Notes: generated by a model not told the origin, from the sequence alone. 64,000 nt of DNA from an uncultured delta proteobacterium (GCA_963802945.1 CAWDKY010000015.1:475413-539412); one strand, 5' to 3'. Counted from the first letter of the stretch, positions 21,270 to 32,268 are shown. Translations and numbers: made by a program.

Positions 21270-21937
21270 TGAACATCCGGAATTATACCTTCGAAGAATT
21301 TGTGGAACGAGTAAAGGCGTTTCACGGCTATGAGGCGCCCGGCGTCATCATTGGAGGCTTTATGATTGACCTTGCTTATCTCCACCTGCCAGAAGTAGGG
21401 CTTTTGGATGCCCTCAGTGAGACTCCGAAATGCTTGCCTGATGCGATACAGCTATTGACACCTTGTACGGTGGGTAATGGCTGGCTCACCGTGGTGGATG
21501 TTGGGCGGTATGCCCTGACTCTTTATAATAAGGAGAGTGGGGAAGGGGTAAGGGTGTTTGTGGAGACAGAGAAACTGGATCCCTGGACGGAATTAAAGAC
21601 CTGGTTCTTCAAGCTGAAACCGAAGAAAGAGCAAGATACGGCCCTGCTTTTATCACAAATTAAAGAAGCAGGATCTGGAATCTGTGGGGTGCAGAAGGTG
21701 AAAGTAGCAGACCAATTCATCCAACGTCGCCCCCGTGGCAGCCTCACCGTTTGTCCAAAATGCCGTGAAGGATATCCGCTGGATGATGGACCTTTGTGTT
21801 TGATTTGTTCCGGCAAGGAAATTTTATATTTATCCTTTAGTTCGAAAATAATGCCCGCTCACTTAATAAGCACTGTTTTCATTTCTGATGGTGCCACGCC
21901 CCAACAAGCGGGGCAGGGCGGTTTAACAAGAATTTGA
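21269..21937 (+). CDS. FmdE/FwdE-family protein with C-terminal zinc ribbon
   Basis: FHGYEAPGVIIGGFM, CLPDAIQLLTPCTVGNG, CPKCREGYP..CLIC. Confidence 0.85.
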   Translation: MNIRNYTFEEFVERVKAFHGYEAPGVIIGGFMIDLAYLHLPEVGLLDALSETPKCLPDAIQLLTPCTVGNGWLTVVDVGRYALTLYNKESGEGVRVFVETEKLDPWTELKTWFFKLKPKKEQDTALLLSQIKEAGSGICGVQKVKVADQFIQRRPRGSLTVCPKCREGYPLDDGPLCLICSGKEILYLSFSSKIMPAHLISTVFISDGATPQQAGQGGLTRI

Positions 21938-21966
21938 CTTACATTTAATAGAGAAGGGGGAAAGTT

Positions 21967-22840
21967 ATGCTGCAAACGAAAATGACTGAAATTTTGGGGA
22001 TAAAATATCCTATTCAATGCGGGACCATGCAGGGCATTACAACAGCCGAGTTGGTAGCCCCGGTGGCCAATGCTGGCGGATTATGCTGTATTCCCGCCGC
22101 AACCTTTCAGACCAAGCAGGCCTTCATGGATGAGATTAAAAAAACTAGAGACCTGACTGACAAGCCCTTTGGGATCAATGTGGGGCTGTTTCCAGAAATG
22201 ACAACGACTGTCACCGCAGAGGAAAGAATAAGCTGGGTGATTGAATCGGGCGTTAAAATCCTGGAAACCTCAGGGCGCAGTCCGGCCCCTTACCGGGAAC
22301 AAATTACCAAAGGGGGATTGATTCATATCCATAAATGCGCCCGAGTGCGGGACGCCGTGAAAGTAGACGGTCTGGGGGTGGACATTGTTTCCATCGTGGG
22401 CACGGAATGCGGCGGTCACCCGAGTATGGAAGAGGTGGCAACACTGGTTTTGGTCCCGGCGACACTCGACCGGATCAAAAAACCTTTGATTGCCGGAGGT
22501 GGTTTTGCCGATGGAAGGGGTTTGATGGCGGGTTTGGCCCTCGGGGCAGTCGGTGTTAATATGGGCACCCGTTTTATGGCCACCCAGGAATGTCCCATTC
22601 ATCCCAATATCAAACAGAAGATGATCGAAATGCAGGAAACGGAAACGGTCCTGGTAATGAAATCATTAAATAACCCCAGCCGGGTATTCAGGGCTCCGGG
22701 CTCGGAAAAGATCTTGGCCTTGGAGGCCAAAGGGGCCAACTTGGAAGAACTCGCACCTCATATCAGTGGCCGAGTTGATGCAGCGGATTATTGATGAGGC
22801 CATGGAGGTGAAAAAAAAGATAGACAGCTTTTTTAAATAA
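21967..22840 (+). pseudogene. Nitronate monooxygenase / FabK-like flavin enzyme with an apparent internal deletion near the 3' end
   Basis: ILGIKYPIQ, GTECGGHP, IAGGGFADGRG, GVNMGTRF. The ORF stops at 22794; another frame from 22772 gives ELMQRIIDEAMEVKKKIDSFFK*, the normal family C-terminus. Confidence 0.75.
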
Positions 22841-23229
22841 ATAAGAAACTATTAATTTCCCTCTGACCCTCCTCAAGGAAGGAGAGGATTAGAGGAAAAG
22901 GTAATATCAATTAAATCTTAAATCTTTCTCTAAAATTTAAGTCTTTATCTTATTAAAAAACCTGAGGCAGTGTCAAATGGCTCTGTCTTTTTTATGCACA
23001 TTTCAAATGGTAATCGGCTATTTTTGTTGCCAGTCTTTTTGCATAGTAGTAGGTGAAGTCCACGAGCAAGAAAGATCTACCGGTTATTTTCCCTTTATCA
23101 CTTTCCGTTTTTCTTCTTGATCCTATCTTTTCCTTTCCTTATACTCTAGCCATTAAAAAGCCATTTCCTATTAAAAGGTGTAATCATAACTAAGGTCGAA
23201 GAAAGAAAACATATTCCCAGGAGGATAAA

Positions 23230-24669
23230 ATGGCCTTAAAAAGTCCGGAAGAGTATATTTCCAGTTTGCGTCAGATGAAGCCCAGAATTTTTGTTCAGGG
23301 CAAAAAAGTGGAAAGTGTCGTTGACCATCCCTTGTTGCGGCCGGCAGTCAATACCTTCTGCTTAACCTACGAGATGGCTCAAGACCCCGAATACCGCGAG
23401 CTGATGACCACCACCTCGCACTTGACCGGCGATCTCATCAATCGATTCAACCATCTTTATCTCAGTCCGGATGATCTGGTCAAGAAACTCGAAATGGTCC
23501 GAACCTGTTCCCAAAAAGCCCTTTGTATCCTGCGCTGTATGGGAGGTGAAGCGCTGAACGGCATTGCCGTCGGAACTTTTGCCATTGATAAGAAAAAAGG
23601 GACAAATTATTACCAGCGCTTTGCTCGCTTTGCCAAACATTTTCAAGAAGACGATCTGATATGCGCCCAGGCCCTGACTGATGTCAAGGGGGATCGATCT
23701 CTGCGCCCCTTTCAGCAGGCCGACCCCGACCTTTTTGTAAAAATCGTTGACCAGCGTTCTGACGGCATTATCGTGCGGGGGGCCAAAGACCATATCACCG
23801 GGGCCGCCGCCTCGCACTATATCTTTGCCATGCCGTCCCGCACCCTTACCGAAAAAGATAAAGATTATGCCGTGGCCTTCGTTGTACCCTGTGACGTCAA
23901 GGGACTCACCCATATCGTCAGTCCAACGCTCAAGACCCCGGACCTCAAGGAGGATCGTCCGGCCAGTTCAAAATACAGTACGGTGGAATCCATGCTTATC
24001 TTTGATGATGTCTTCGTGCCCTGGGAAAACGTCTTTATGTGCGGCGAATGGGATGCCATGGAACCGATGCTTTTGTCCTTTGCCACCACGCACCGCCACA
24101 GCCGTTGCGCTTGCAGCAGTGGGGTAACCGATATTTTAACCGGAGCCAGTTCTCTCATCGCCAAGTATAACGGTTTGGAAAAGGTCAGTCATATCCGGGA
24201 CAAGCTGATTGAACTGTCGGCCGCTGCCGAGACCTATTATGCCTGCGGCCTGACCTCTTCGATTCTGGCCACCAAGACGGAATCGGGCTATTATTCACCC
24301 GATATGCTTCAGGCCAATGTCGGAAAACTTTGGACCTCCAAACTTTTTCACGAGTCGGTGAAAATGGTTCAGGAGATTGCCGGCGGTTTGATTGATACGG
24401 TGCCTTCGATCAGTGACTGGAGAAATCCGGAATTGCAGCCCTTTCTTGAAAAATACCTTAAGGGCAAGGCCGATGTCCCCACGGAATACAGACTCCGCCT
24501 TTTCCGCCTTCTTCAGGACTTGACCACCTACGGCATTGCCTGCTACTGGCTGACGCTTTCTGCCGTGGGTGCCGGTTCTCCTCAAGGCGCCAAGATCATG
24601 ATCCAAAGAGAAACAGACTACGGCTTTAAAGAAGGATTGGCCAAGGCCCTGGCCGGTATCCCGGATTAA
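23230..24669 (+). CDS. 4-hydroxybutyryl-CoA dehydratase-like (AbfD/HpaB family) FAD/Fe-S enzyme
   Basis: CILRCMG (CxxxC), TDVKGDRSLRP, QADPDLFV, RGAK, FDDVFVPWENVF, HRHSRCAC, GAGSPQ. Confidence 0.85.
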   Translation: MALKSPEEYISSLRQMKPRIFVQGKKVESVVDHPLLRPAVNTFCLTYEMAQDPEYRELMTTTSHLTGDLINRFNHLYLSPDDLVKKLEMVRTCSQKALCILRCMGGEALNGIAVGTFAIDKKKGTNYYQRFARFAKHFQEDDLICAQALTDVKGDRSLRPFQQADPDLFVKIVDQRSDGIIVRGAKDHITGAAASHYIFAMPSRTLTEKDKDYAVAFVVPCDVKGLTHIVSPTLKTPDLKEDRPASSKYSTVESMLIFDDVFVPWENVFMCGEWDAMEPMLLSFATTHRHSRCACSSGVTDILTGASSLIAKYNGLEKVSHIRDKLIELSAAAETYYACGLTSSILATKTESGYYSPDMLQANVGKLWTSKLFHESVKMVQEIAGGLIDTVPSISDWRNPELQPFLEKYLKGKADVPTEYRLRLFRLLQDLTTYGIACYWLTLSAVGAGSPQGAKIMIQRETDYGFKEGLAKALAGIPD

Positions 24670-24693
24670 GAATTTGCAGAAAAACCCTTTTTA

Positions 24694-24818
24694 TAGGTTG
24701 CTCAAAAAGGTACAGATACAAGACGCCCGAAATCCCGAGGAATGAGTCGTACAGAAAAGTACGTCGCAATGACGAGGGATGAGGGCAACGCAGTAGATGT
24801 GCCTTTTTCAGCAACCTG
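24694..24818 (+). mobile_element. MITE-like palindromic element, copy 2 (short form)
   Basis: TIR aggttgctcaaaaaggtaca ... tgtgcctttttcagcaacct; TTA on both flanks. Confidence 0.8.
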
Positions 24819-24842
24819 TTAAGCATAGTACGGAGGAAAATA

Positions 24843-26408
24843 ATGAAAATGCAGGAAGCCATCAATGAACTGGAATCACGTCGTGAAAAAGCAAAACGGA
24901 TGGGTGGTGAAAAGCGGGTGGCCAGACAGCACGCCCTGGGCCGACTTACCGCCCGGGAACGGGTGGATAAATTATTGGACCCCGACAGCTTTATGGAACT
25001 GGGTCTGCTGGCCCATGCCGATATCCCTGAACTGGAAGAGCAGAGTCCCGCAGACGGCAGGATATGCGGCACCGGAACCGTCCAGGGAAGACCGGTGGGC
25101 ATTGTTTCTCAGGACCGGACGGTACTCGGTGGAAGCGGAGGGGCCGTGGGATCCCTGAAGGTCACCATCCAACATGAATTCGCCGTGGAAGGGGGATACC
25201 CTTTAATCGAGTTAGGGGATGACCTCGGTGGTGTCCGGATTCAAAATGTTATGGGTTCAAGAGGATGGGTGGGGGAATATCAGGGACGCGTTTCACGGTC
25301 CCGTCCAGTCCTGCCCTGGACCCGTCAGGTTCCTCGCATTGCCGCCATTATGGGAGAGTGTTTCGGTGAACCCTCCTGGAATGCGGCCTGGTCTGATTTT
25401 AATGTGATGGTCAAAGGCACGGCCATGGGGGCCGCCGGACCCAAGGCCCTGGAAAAAGCCATTGGTCAGAAAATAACCCCCCAGGAACTTGCCGGCTGGG
25501 AGATTCAATCCCAAATCACCGGACAAGCCGATGCCATTGCCGAGGACGATGAGCGCTGTCTCGAGATCATCAAAGAGTTTTTGAGTTATATGCCTTCGAA
25601 CTGTCAGGAAGAGCCGCCGATCCTTCCCACCAAGGATGATTCCTATCGAAAATTGGACCGGGTGGAAAAAATTGTCCCGGTGGAATTGAACCGCGGCTAC
25701 GACATGTATCGGTTTATTAAACACCTGGTGGACGATGGAAAATATTTCCCCCTGAAGCAGGCCTATGCCCCTTCTTTGGTAACCTGCCTGGCCCGGATGG
25801 GAGGAAGAGTGGTCGGCATATATGGCAATAATCCTATGTATAATGCCGGCGCGCCGGATGTCCCGGCTTGCGAGAAAGGGACTCAGTTTCTCTGCCTTTG
25901 TGATTCTTTCAATATTCCTCTTATTTCCCTCATGGATATTCCCGGTATGTTTCCCGGGAAGGAAGCTGAAAAATTAAAATTGCCCACCAAGATCATCGTC
26001 TGGCTGCAGGCGCAAAACATGGTTACCGTACCCAGAATCCATGTGGTCATGCGAAAATATTTCGCTATGGGTATTGTGGCCATGCATGGTTTTCGAAGAA
26101 GGACGGACATCACCGTCGCTTGGCCGAATGCTAAGATGAGCTTTGTAGATCCGGATATAGGTCTGAACCTGGCTATGGAAAGCCGGATCGCCGGGGCGGC
26201 CGATCCGGAGGTGGAAAAGGCGCGGGTCCTTCAGGAATGGACGGAAGGAAGTGCTCCCTGGGGTGCTGCCGGTCTTTACGGGATACACGACATCATTCAT
26301 CCGGCCGACACCAGGAAATTCATTTGCCAGGCCCTGGATAGGCTCAGAGGGGCGAGAAAAAAAGTGCTTAGTGAGCATCGATTGCAGAACTGGCCCGTGG
26401 GTTTCTGA
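24843..26408 (+). CDS. Acyl-CoA carboxylase/decarboxylase carboxyltransferase (beta) subunit
   Basis: MGGEKRVARQHALGRLTARERVDKLLDPDSF, DRTVLGGS, LCDSFNIPLISLMDIPG, DIIHPADTR. Confidence 0.9.
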   Translation: MKMQEAINELESRREKAKRMGGEKRVARQHALGRLTARERVDKLLDPDSFMELGLLAHADIPELEEQSPADGRICGTGTVQGRPVGIVSQDRTVLGGSGGAVGSLKVTIQHEFAVEGGYPLIELGDDLGGVRIQNVMGSRGWVGEYQGRVSRSRPVLPWTRQVPRIAAIMGECFGEPSWNAAWSDFNVMVKGTAMGAAGPKALEKAIGQKITPQELAGWEIQSQITGQADAIAEDDERCLEIIKEFLSYMPSNCQEEPPILPTKDDSYRKLDRVEKIVPVELNRGYDMYRFIKHLVDDGKYFPLKQAYAPSLVTCLARMGGRVVGIYGNNPMYNAGAPDVPACEKGTQFLCLCDSFNIPLISLMDIPGMFPGKEAEKLKLPTKIIVWLQAQNMVTVPRIHVVMRKYFAMGIVAMHGFRRRTDITVAWPNAKMSFVDPDIGLNLAMESRIAGAADPEVEKARVLQEWTEGSAPWGAAGLYGIHDIIHPADTRKFICQALDRLRGARKKVLSEHRLQNWPVGF

Positions 26409-26420
26409 CAGGCCATATTT

Positions 26421-26615
26421 TCCCTCTATAAAGGGAAAAAATGAAAACCGGCAATCCTCTGTAAAGAATTGACCCTTTATGACACCTTCTGTTTGAACGT
26501 CCCGTTCCACTTTCTTTTATTTTGTATTGGATGATAAAAGGGATGAGAAGGATCGGGTTAAATCAAAACCAATTGGACTAATGAAAAAATAAGTTAAAAA
26601 CAACATCCCATCTTA
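26421..26615 (+). repeat. Junction repeat family 1, modules A+B
   Basis: tccctctataaagggaaaaaatgaaaaccggcaatcctct...gtttgaacgtcccgttccac nearly identical to 29778-29870; the B tail matches 28320 and 37266. Confidence 0.85.
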
Positions 26616-26677
26616 TTAGAAAAACTCTTTGTATAAAAATGAAAAGGAAAACATGATAGACCTGATCCCCTTCTACC

Positions 26678-28195
26678 ATGAAAGAACAACCAAAAAAATC
26701 TCCTGATTCCCATTTACCGGTCATAGTCGGCATCGGGGAAATCAGCGATCATCCCCCGGATCCAACTGCCGGGCTTGAACCTCTGGCCTTGATGAAGGAA
26801 GCCTTAAAACGGGCTGAACAGGACTCCGGAAAACCGTTGCTGGCGCGGATCGACTCTCTGGATGTGGTCTGCTTGGTGAGTTGGCGTTATAACGACCCCG
26901 TGGGTGAGTTGTCCAAACGGCTCGGCCTTAAACCGGCTCACGCCGCTTACGGCCCGGTGGGCGGTGAAACCCCCCTGCGTCTTCTCCATGACGCAGCCCA
27001 ACGCATTGCCGCCGGCGAGAGCCAGATTGCCGCGATCTGCGGCGCCGAAGCCCAAAGCACTGTGAACAAAGCCATGAAGGCCGGCCTCAAGTTACCGTGG
27101 ACACCCTATGCCTTCGATGCACCCGATCCCACACGAAACTCAGTTTATCAACGGCCTTTGGCCCTGGCCCTCGGAGTGGCCCTGCCGACTACCGTCTACC
27201 CTTTTTACGAAAACGCCTTCGTTGCTCATTGGGATCAAACGCCGCGTGAGGCCCGGCGTGAATCTGGTATCCTCTGGTCGACCTATTCCAAGGTTGCCTC
27301 AAATAACCCGAATGCCTGGCTGAAACACTATTTTCAGCCCAAAGAAATCATCAATCCCACAACGGACAACCGGATGATCTCCTGGCCATACACCAAGTTG
27401 ATGGTGGCCAATCCGACTGTCAATCAAGGAGCGGCGGTTCTCATGACCAGCCTGGCTAGGGCGCGGATCGCCGGCATTCCTGAGGACCGCCTCGTCTATC
27501 TTCACGGCGGTGCCTGGGCGGAAGAGCCGTTCGACTATCTCGAGCGCGACGTTTATTTCGAGAGCCAGGCCCAGAATGCGGTGCTCGATTCCGTACGGGG
27601 GTTTGTCGATGGCCATCTGTCCTTATTTGAGGCGATTGAACTCTATAGCTGTTTTCCTTGCGTTCCAAAAATGGCCCGCCGGACACTGGGACTGGATGAC
27701 CATGTCCAGCCGACGGTAACGGGAGGACTCACTTTTTTTGGGGCGCCACTCAATAATTACATGACCCATGCGACTTGCGCTATGGTCCGCTGTCTGCGCG
27801 CTGGAATTAAGCTTGGACTGCTCTACGGACAGGGAGGGTATGTCACCAAACATCATGCCCTGGTGCTTGCCTCTCAGCCTCCTCCAGGAGGTTTGATGCA
27901 GAACAGGGACGTACAGGCCGATACCAACCGTCGACGGCGTCCGGTGCCTGATTTTTTGATGGAGGCAACCGGTCCGGGCTCTGTCGAAACCTTCACCGTC
28001 GTTTACGATCTCAAGGGAGAAATCGATCACGGGGTCGTGATTCTTCGCTTGCCTGAAGGGGCAAGAACGATAGCCCGTGTCCCTCGGCAAGATCAAGGAA
28101 CGATCCGGCGTCTCATTGATCTCGACCGGACTCCGGTTGGAACCTGTGGCCGGATCAGCCGGGCGGATGACGGAATTCTGGAATGGAAGATATGA
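26678..28195 (+). CDS. Thiolase-like acetyl-CoA acetyltransferase
   Basis: PVIVGIG, GPVGGETP, CGAEAQST, YPFYENA, ELYSCFPCVPK, TVTGGLTFFGAPLNNYMTHA. Confidence 0.88.
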   Translation: MKEQPKKSPDSHLPVIVGIGEISDHPPDPTAGLEPLALMKEALKRAEQDSGKPLLARIDSLDVVCLVSWRYNDPVGELSKRLGLKPAHAAYGPVGGETPLRLLHDAAQRIAAGESQIAAICGAEAQSTVNKAMKAGLKLPWTPYAFDAPDPTRNSVYQRPLALALGVALPTTVYPFYENAFVAHWDQTPREARRESGILWSTYSKVASNNPNAWLKHYFQPKEIINPTTDNRMISWPYTKLMVANPTVNQGAAVLMTSLARARIAGIPEDRLVYLHGGAWAEEPFDYLERDVYFESQAQNAVLDSVRGFVDGHLSLFEAIELYSCFPCVPKMARRTLGLDDHVQPTVTGGLTFFGAPLNNYMTHATCAMVRCLRAGIKLGLLYGQGGYVTKHHALVLASQPPPGGLMQNRDVQADTNRRRRPVPDFLMEATGPGSVETFTVVYDLKGEIDHGVVILRLPEGARTIARVPRQDQGTIRRLIDLDRTPVGTCGRISRADDGILEWKI

Positions 28196-28319
28196 TAATG
28201 AGGCACTAAGTTAAATAGTCGCTCATTTAAGATATAATTTTGCATTTGTACAGGTTAGGAAAACCTCACCATCTTATCTGGAAATTCTCTGGTCGTGCGC
28301 AGTTTATTGAACTCACCTT

Positions 28320-28428
28320 TTTTTAGGGTGGATGATAAAAGAGAAGGGAATGATCGGATTTTTTCAAAACCGAGGGTTAAATCAAAAACAACCGGCCTAA
28401 TGGGGGTAAATAAGTTGTTTTAGAACCC
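28320..28428 (+). repeat. Junction repeat family 1, module B
   Basis: gggtggatgataaaagagaagggaatgatc...accgagggttaaatcaaaaacaaccggc...gttgttttagaacc. Confidence 0.8.
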
Positions 28429-28443
28429 AAAGGCCTCGTTTTA

Positions 28444-29736
28444 CTACGGCAGTTCAGATTGCAACAGCCATTTCCATAAGGGAACGATTCGGATTTTGTT
28501 TTTGCCGGTTACGATTTCATCCTCCACCTCTGCGGTAATAAGGAGGGCAGAATGATTTCCCGTGGCAGCCATAGCCTCTACCAGACCCTGCACCTCCCTT
28601 TTTTTCACAGCCGGATCACTTATGTCATAACAAACATTGATGAGGGAATGTTTCCCCTGATCTGTAAAAAAGAAATCCACTTCTTGTTTTCCCTTAAAAT
28701 AATATATTTCTTTACTCTGCCTCCTGAGTTCAAGGAAAACCAGATTTTCATAAACATGGCCGATATCAAGGGTCGGAGAGGGGTCTAAAAGTCGCTTAAA
28801 TCCGTGATCGACACAATAGATTTTTTTGGGATTTCTCATCCCCTCCCGAATGGACTTTGAATGAACGGGAACGGTAAAAAGGGCGTAGGCATCTTCCAGA
28901 TACCCCATGTAATCGTATATCGTATTCTTAGAAAGTTGAAGCCCCTGAGAACGCAGGTCATTAAAAAATTTATTATAACTTAACAGGCTGGCCAAATTAA
29001 CAAAACAGTATTTCATCAGAAACCGCAGGACAAAGGTGTTTTTCGCTCCATGTCTTTCAACAATGTCCCGGTACATAATCAGTTCCATATATTCATGCAG
29101 GACTTTATCGCTGAATTCCGGTTTCAGTCCGATGGTTTCCGGGAAACCGCTATGGGTAATATATTCGGAAAGGGCGTGTTTGATCTTCGCTTCCGACCGG
29201 GAGGTATGGTCGTAATCCGGAATTTTCCAAAAACGAAGGAATTCCCTGAAGGAGAGCGGGAAGATCTCCAAGGGGATGGTGCGGCCTCGGAGCGAGGTGG
29301 CTATCTCCTTACTCATAAGTTTTGAGGAAGAACCAGTGATAAAAATCCGCGATTTCTCCGTATCGGCAAGCCGTCTTAGAAATTTTTCCCAGTTCGGAAC
29401 ATTTTGGATTTCATCAAAAAAGAAAAAGACCAGCTTATCTTTCTGGTCCGGATAGAGCTCATAATAACTCTGTAAAAATTCGTTCATATCGGAAAGTTGG
29501 AGGGGGAAAAGCCGGTCATCCTCGAAATTGATATAGACCATGGAATGGGAGTCTATCCTCTCCCTTAACCGGCGAATAAGGGAATATAAGAGGTGGGTCT
29601 TTCCGCTGCGACGAACTCCCACGAGAGAGATAATTTTTTTAAGATCGAGGGGGATCTCTATATCACGGGGAATCACGTAAGAAAGTTCTTTTCCCTGGAA
29701 ATCGGCAATCACCCTTTTCCAAATATCTTTTTTCAT
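28444..29736 (-). CDS. AAA+ ATPase (AAA_14 + DUF4143-type C-terminus)
   Basis: Walker A GVRRSGKT, YINFEDDRL, Walker B FFFDEIQ, ITGSSS, PKKIYCVD.G, ENLVFLEL, EVDF. Confidence 0.9.
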   Translation of the reverse strand: MKKDIWKRVIADFQGKELSYVIPRDIEIPLDLKKIISLVGVRRSGKTHLLYSLIRRLRERIDSHSMVYINFEDDRLFPLQLSDMNEFLQSYYELYPDQKDKLVFFFFDEIQNVPNWEKFLRRLADTEKSRIFITGSSSKLMSKEIATSLRGRTIPLEIFPLSFREFLRFWKIPDYDHTSRSEAKIKHALSEYITHSGFPETIGLKPEFSDKVLHEYMELIMYRDIVERHGAKNTFVLRFLMKYCFVNLASLLSYNKFFNDLRSQGLQLSKNTIYDYMGYLEDAYALFTVPVHSKSIREGMRNPKKIYCVDHGFKRLLDPSPTLDIGHVYENLVFLELRRQSKEIYYFKGKQEVDFFFTDQGKHSLINVCYDISDPAVKKREVQGLVEAMAATGNHSALLITAEVEDEIVTGKNKIRIVPLWKWLLQSELP

Positions 29737-29777
29737 ATTATTCTCCCTTTCTATAAAGACAATTTAACTCATTATTG

Positions 29778-30008
29778 TCCCTCTGTAAAGGGAAAAAATG
29801 AAAGCCGGCAATCCTCTTTAAAGAATTGACCCTTTATGACACGCTCTGTTTGAACGTCCCGTTCCACTCTCTCTTATTTTGGGGTGGATAATAAAAGGGA
29901 AGGGAATGATCTGATTTTTTTAAACCCATTGGGTTTAACCGAGGGTTCAATCAAAAACAATCAGCCAACCGGGAAAAAAGTTGTTTTAGAACCAGCGTAC
30001 CGTCCTAT
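29778..30008 (+). repeat. Junction repeat family 1, modules A+B
   Basis: Direct repeat of 26421-26615 and 28320-28428. Confidence 0.85.
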
Positions 30009-30019
30009 AAGATTTATGA

Positions 30020-31069
30020 TCAGACCTTGAGATCACCCTCATAAAGGGACCGGAGTTCCGGATCCATGGCGGCTAAACGGTTTTTGGCCTCTTCCGGAGA
30101 CACTGCTTCCAGAGTCCCATCTGTATTCTGAACAATGACCCCGCCCTTGGTTAGAAGTTTGAGCCGTCTCTTCCTTTCTGCCTTATCCGGAACGCAGACG
30201 ATCTGACAGTTTCCGCAGGTGGTGTACAACTTATGATTCATCATGGAATGATAGCGGCCGCCTTGACCTTCCGGCCTTTGGCCATAGGGGACACTGGAGG
30301 CGATTAAAAGATTCAGGAAAGGGGCATCTTCTTCCGGAATTGGGAAGCGCCCCGGAGACCAGGTAGACCATTTCCCTGAGCGATGAAGGCCGGTGTATCC
30401 TCCGCAGACATATTGGCACCTGGTGTAGGCCCGTCTTGCCGAATAGTAAAAGGTCCGGCCTCCGAGATGCAATTCCGTCATTTCTTCAGGATTCATCAGC
30501 CCCGAGGCACATACGGCCATACATAACCGACATCGGTCGCAATAATTATCCTCCTGGTTCAGCGGCGGCGTTGGGCTAAGCTCGGCACTGGTGACCACGG
30601 CACCTAAAATGATAGCGGCGCCAAATTGATTGTCGATCACATTTCCGGACCAGCCGAAAGAGGCCACACCGGAGGCAACGGCCAAATATCGAAGGCTGAT
30701 GGGGGGAAACATATCAATCCGGCCCATTGGGGTGTCATCCCGATAGACATCATTTGCCGCCAGGGCGACAGCCGGGAAGCCTCTCTGGGATAAATTGTTG
30801 GCCAGTTTGACGGCAATACCGCTTGAAATGCTGTTGACCCTATTGTACTCTCGCTCGTAAGAAAGACGGTCCTTCTTGGCAAAGTAATTGGGAATTGTTT
30901 TCTGGTCCAGGGTCAGGGAAAAAACGATGGCCGATTTGGCCTCCGGTAGAACATAGGTTAAATCAATAGACGGCGGTCCCCCGGCCAGGGTCTCCAAGGT
31001 GGCGATCCCGGATTTGTGGGCACCTTCCAAAAGAGGATATTCCAATACCAGAGATTGTAAATCTTTCAT
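30020..31069 (-). CDS. QueG-like (epoxyqueuosine reductase superfamily) 4Fe-4S protein
   Basis: LPEAKSAIVF, ISLRYLAVASGVASFGWSGN...FGAAIILG, CDRCRLCMAVC, TCGNCQIVC. Confidence 0.75.
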   Translation of the reverse strand: MKDLQSLVLEYPLLEGAHKSGIATLETLAGGPPSIDLTYVLPEAKSAIVFSLTLDQKTIPNYFAKKDRLSYEREYNRVNSISSGIAVKLANNLSQRGFPAVALAANDVYRDDTPMGRIDMFPPISLRYLAVASGVASFGWSGNVIDNQFGAAIILGAVVTSAELSPTPPLNQEDNYCDRCRLCMAVCASGLMNPEEMTELHLGGRTFYYSARRAYTRCQYVCGGYTGLHRSGKWSTWSPGRFPIPEEDAPFLNLLIASSVPYGQRPEGQGGRYHSMMNHKLYTTCGNCQIVCVPDKAERKRRLKLLTKGGVIVQNTDGTLEAVSPEEAKNRLAAMDPELRSLYEGDLKV

Positions 31070-31497
31070 TTTTTTCTCCTGCTGCCAAACTTCTCCGCGC
31101 AGGCAATACCCGCGCGCAATGTGCTCGAAACGAAGCTCTTCTTGACTGGGGGTCAGGTCAATTTTTTTAGGTGGCGAATTTCCTCCTTAAGGTTTGAAAA
31201 GAAATGTACCTAAAGTAATTGGGTAACAATCAGTTTATAAGAAGGTAAAGGGGGGGAAGTCAAGGGAAAAGGAAAAACGTTCGTCGTTCAGTCTTGGTAA
31301 ATCTGGGGGTACTATGTTTTTTCAGGTTCAGGAAATTAGTATGTCCCCGGATTCGACGGATTTCGAAGTTTGACGAAATACAATAACAAACCGCCCCAGT
31401 TGGGCGGGTCGGTCTTCACGACATAGGCCTTGGCGTTGGTAAGTTTCATTTTTTCACCCTCTGATGGAAATAAGGTGTTTTAGGAATCGAAGCGGGC

Positions 31498-32268
31498 TTA
31501 TCGGCCCTTGAACACGGGAGGCCTCTTCTCTATGAATGCTCTAACCCCTTCTCGAAAGTCTTCCGTTACTGCAGTGACGATTTCACCTTCATCGGCACTC
31601 TGAAGACCCGTTTGGAAATCAGACTCAAGCCCCTCGTAGACCCGGCGTTTGGTCTCCCTTATGGCTACAGGCGGGCCCTGGGCTATCTTGGTCGCCAGGG
31701 CCATCGTCTCCTTCTCGAGTTCATCAGCCGGGACAAGCTTATTAAGCACACCGATACGCTCCGCTTCTTTGGCCTCCAGAATATCACCGGTAAGCAGAAT
31801 TTCCAGGGCTTTGCCCAGACCCATTATTCTCGGGTAGAGCCACGGTCCTGCCCAGCCTGAAGACAGCCCTCTTTTGATAAAAGCATTCATGAATCTGGAA
31901 TTCGGCGAGCCCACCCGCATGTCGCAGGCCAGCGCCAGTGCGCAGCCGCCCCCTACGGCGGCGCCGTTGACCATGGCGATAATGGGTTTGCGGATCATAT
32001 GCAGTCTCCGAATGATGGTCGAGCCCATAACGTCTTGCCGGGGGGCACCGCCGCCGGGCATCTCGGTGACATCAGCCCCAGAACAGAATCCTTTCCCGGC
32101 CCCGGTGATGATCACGACTCTCACCTCATCGTCTCGATCAACCTCCTCAAAGGCCGAAACCAATTCTTCAAGCGCCTTCTGGCTGATGGCGTTCATCCGG
32201 TTGGGCCGATTCAGGGTAATGACAGCGATGTGGTCTTTACAGGATAGAATGATGTCTTCGTAGTTCAT
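31498..32268 (-). CDS. Enoyl-CoA hydratase/isomerase (crotonase family)
   Basis: ITLNRPNRMNA, TGAGKGFCSGAD, KPIIAMVNGAAVGGG.ALALACD, EDFREGVRAFIEKRPPVFKGR. Confidence 0.93.
   Translation of the reverse strand: MNYEDIILSCKDHIAVITLNRPNRMNAISQKALEELVSAFEEVDRDDEVRVVIITGAGKGFCSGADVTEMPGGGAPRQDVMGSTIIRRLHMIRKPIIAMVNGAAVGGGCALALACDMRVGSPNSRFMNAFIKRGLSSGWAGPWLYPRIMGLGKALEILLTGDILEAKEAERIGVLNKLVPADELEKETMALATKIAQGPPVAIRETKRRVYEGLESDFQTGLQSADEGEIVTAVTEDFREGVRAFIEKRPPVFKGR

Noticed and set aside
22792-22797. Selenocysteine read-through at the TGA ending the nitronate monooxygenase ORF
   Set aside because: Tandem TGA TGA not at a Cys position; the true C-terminus lies in another frame, consistent with a deletion.
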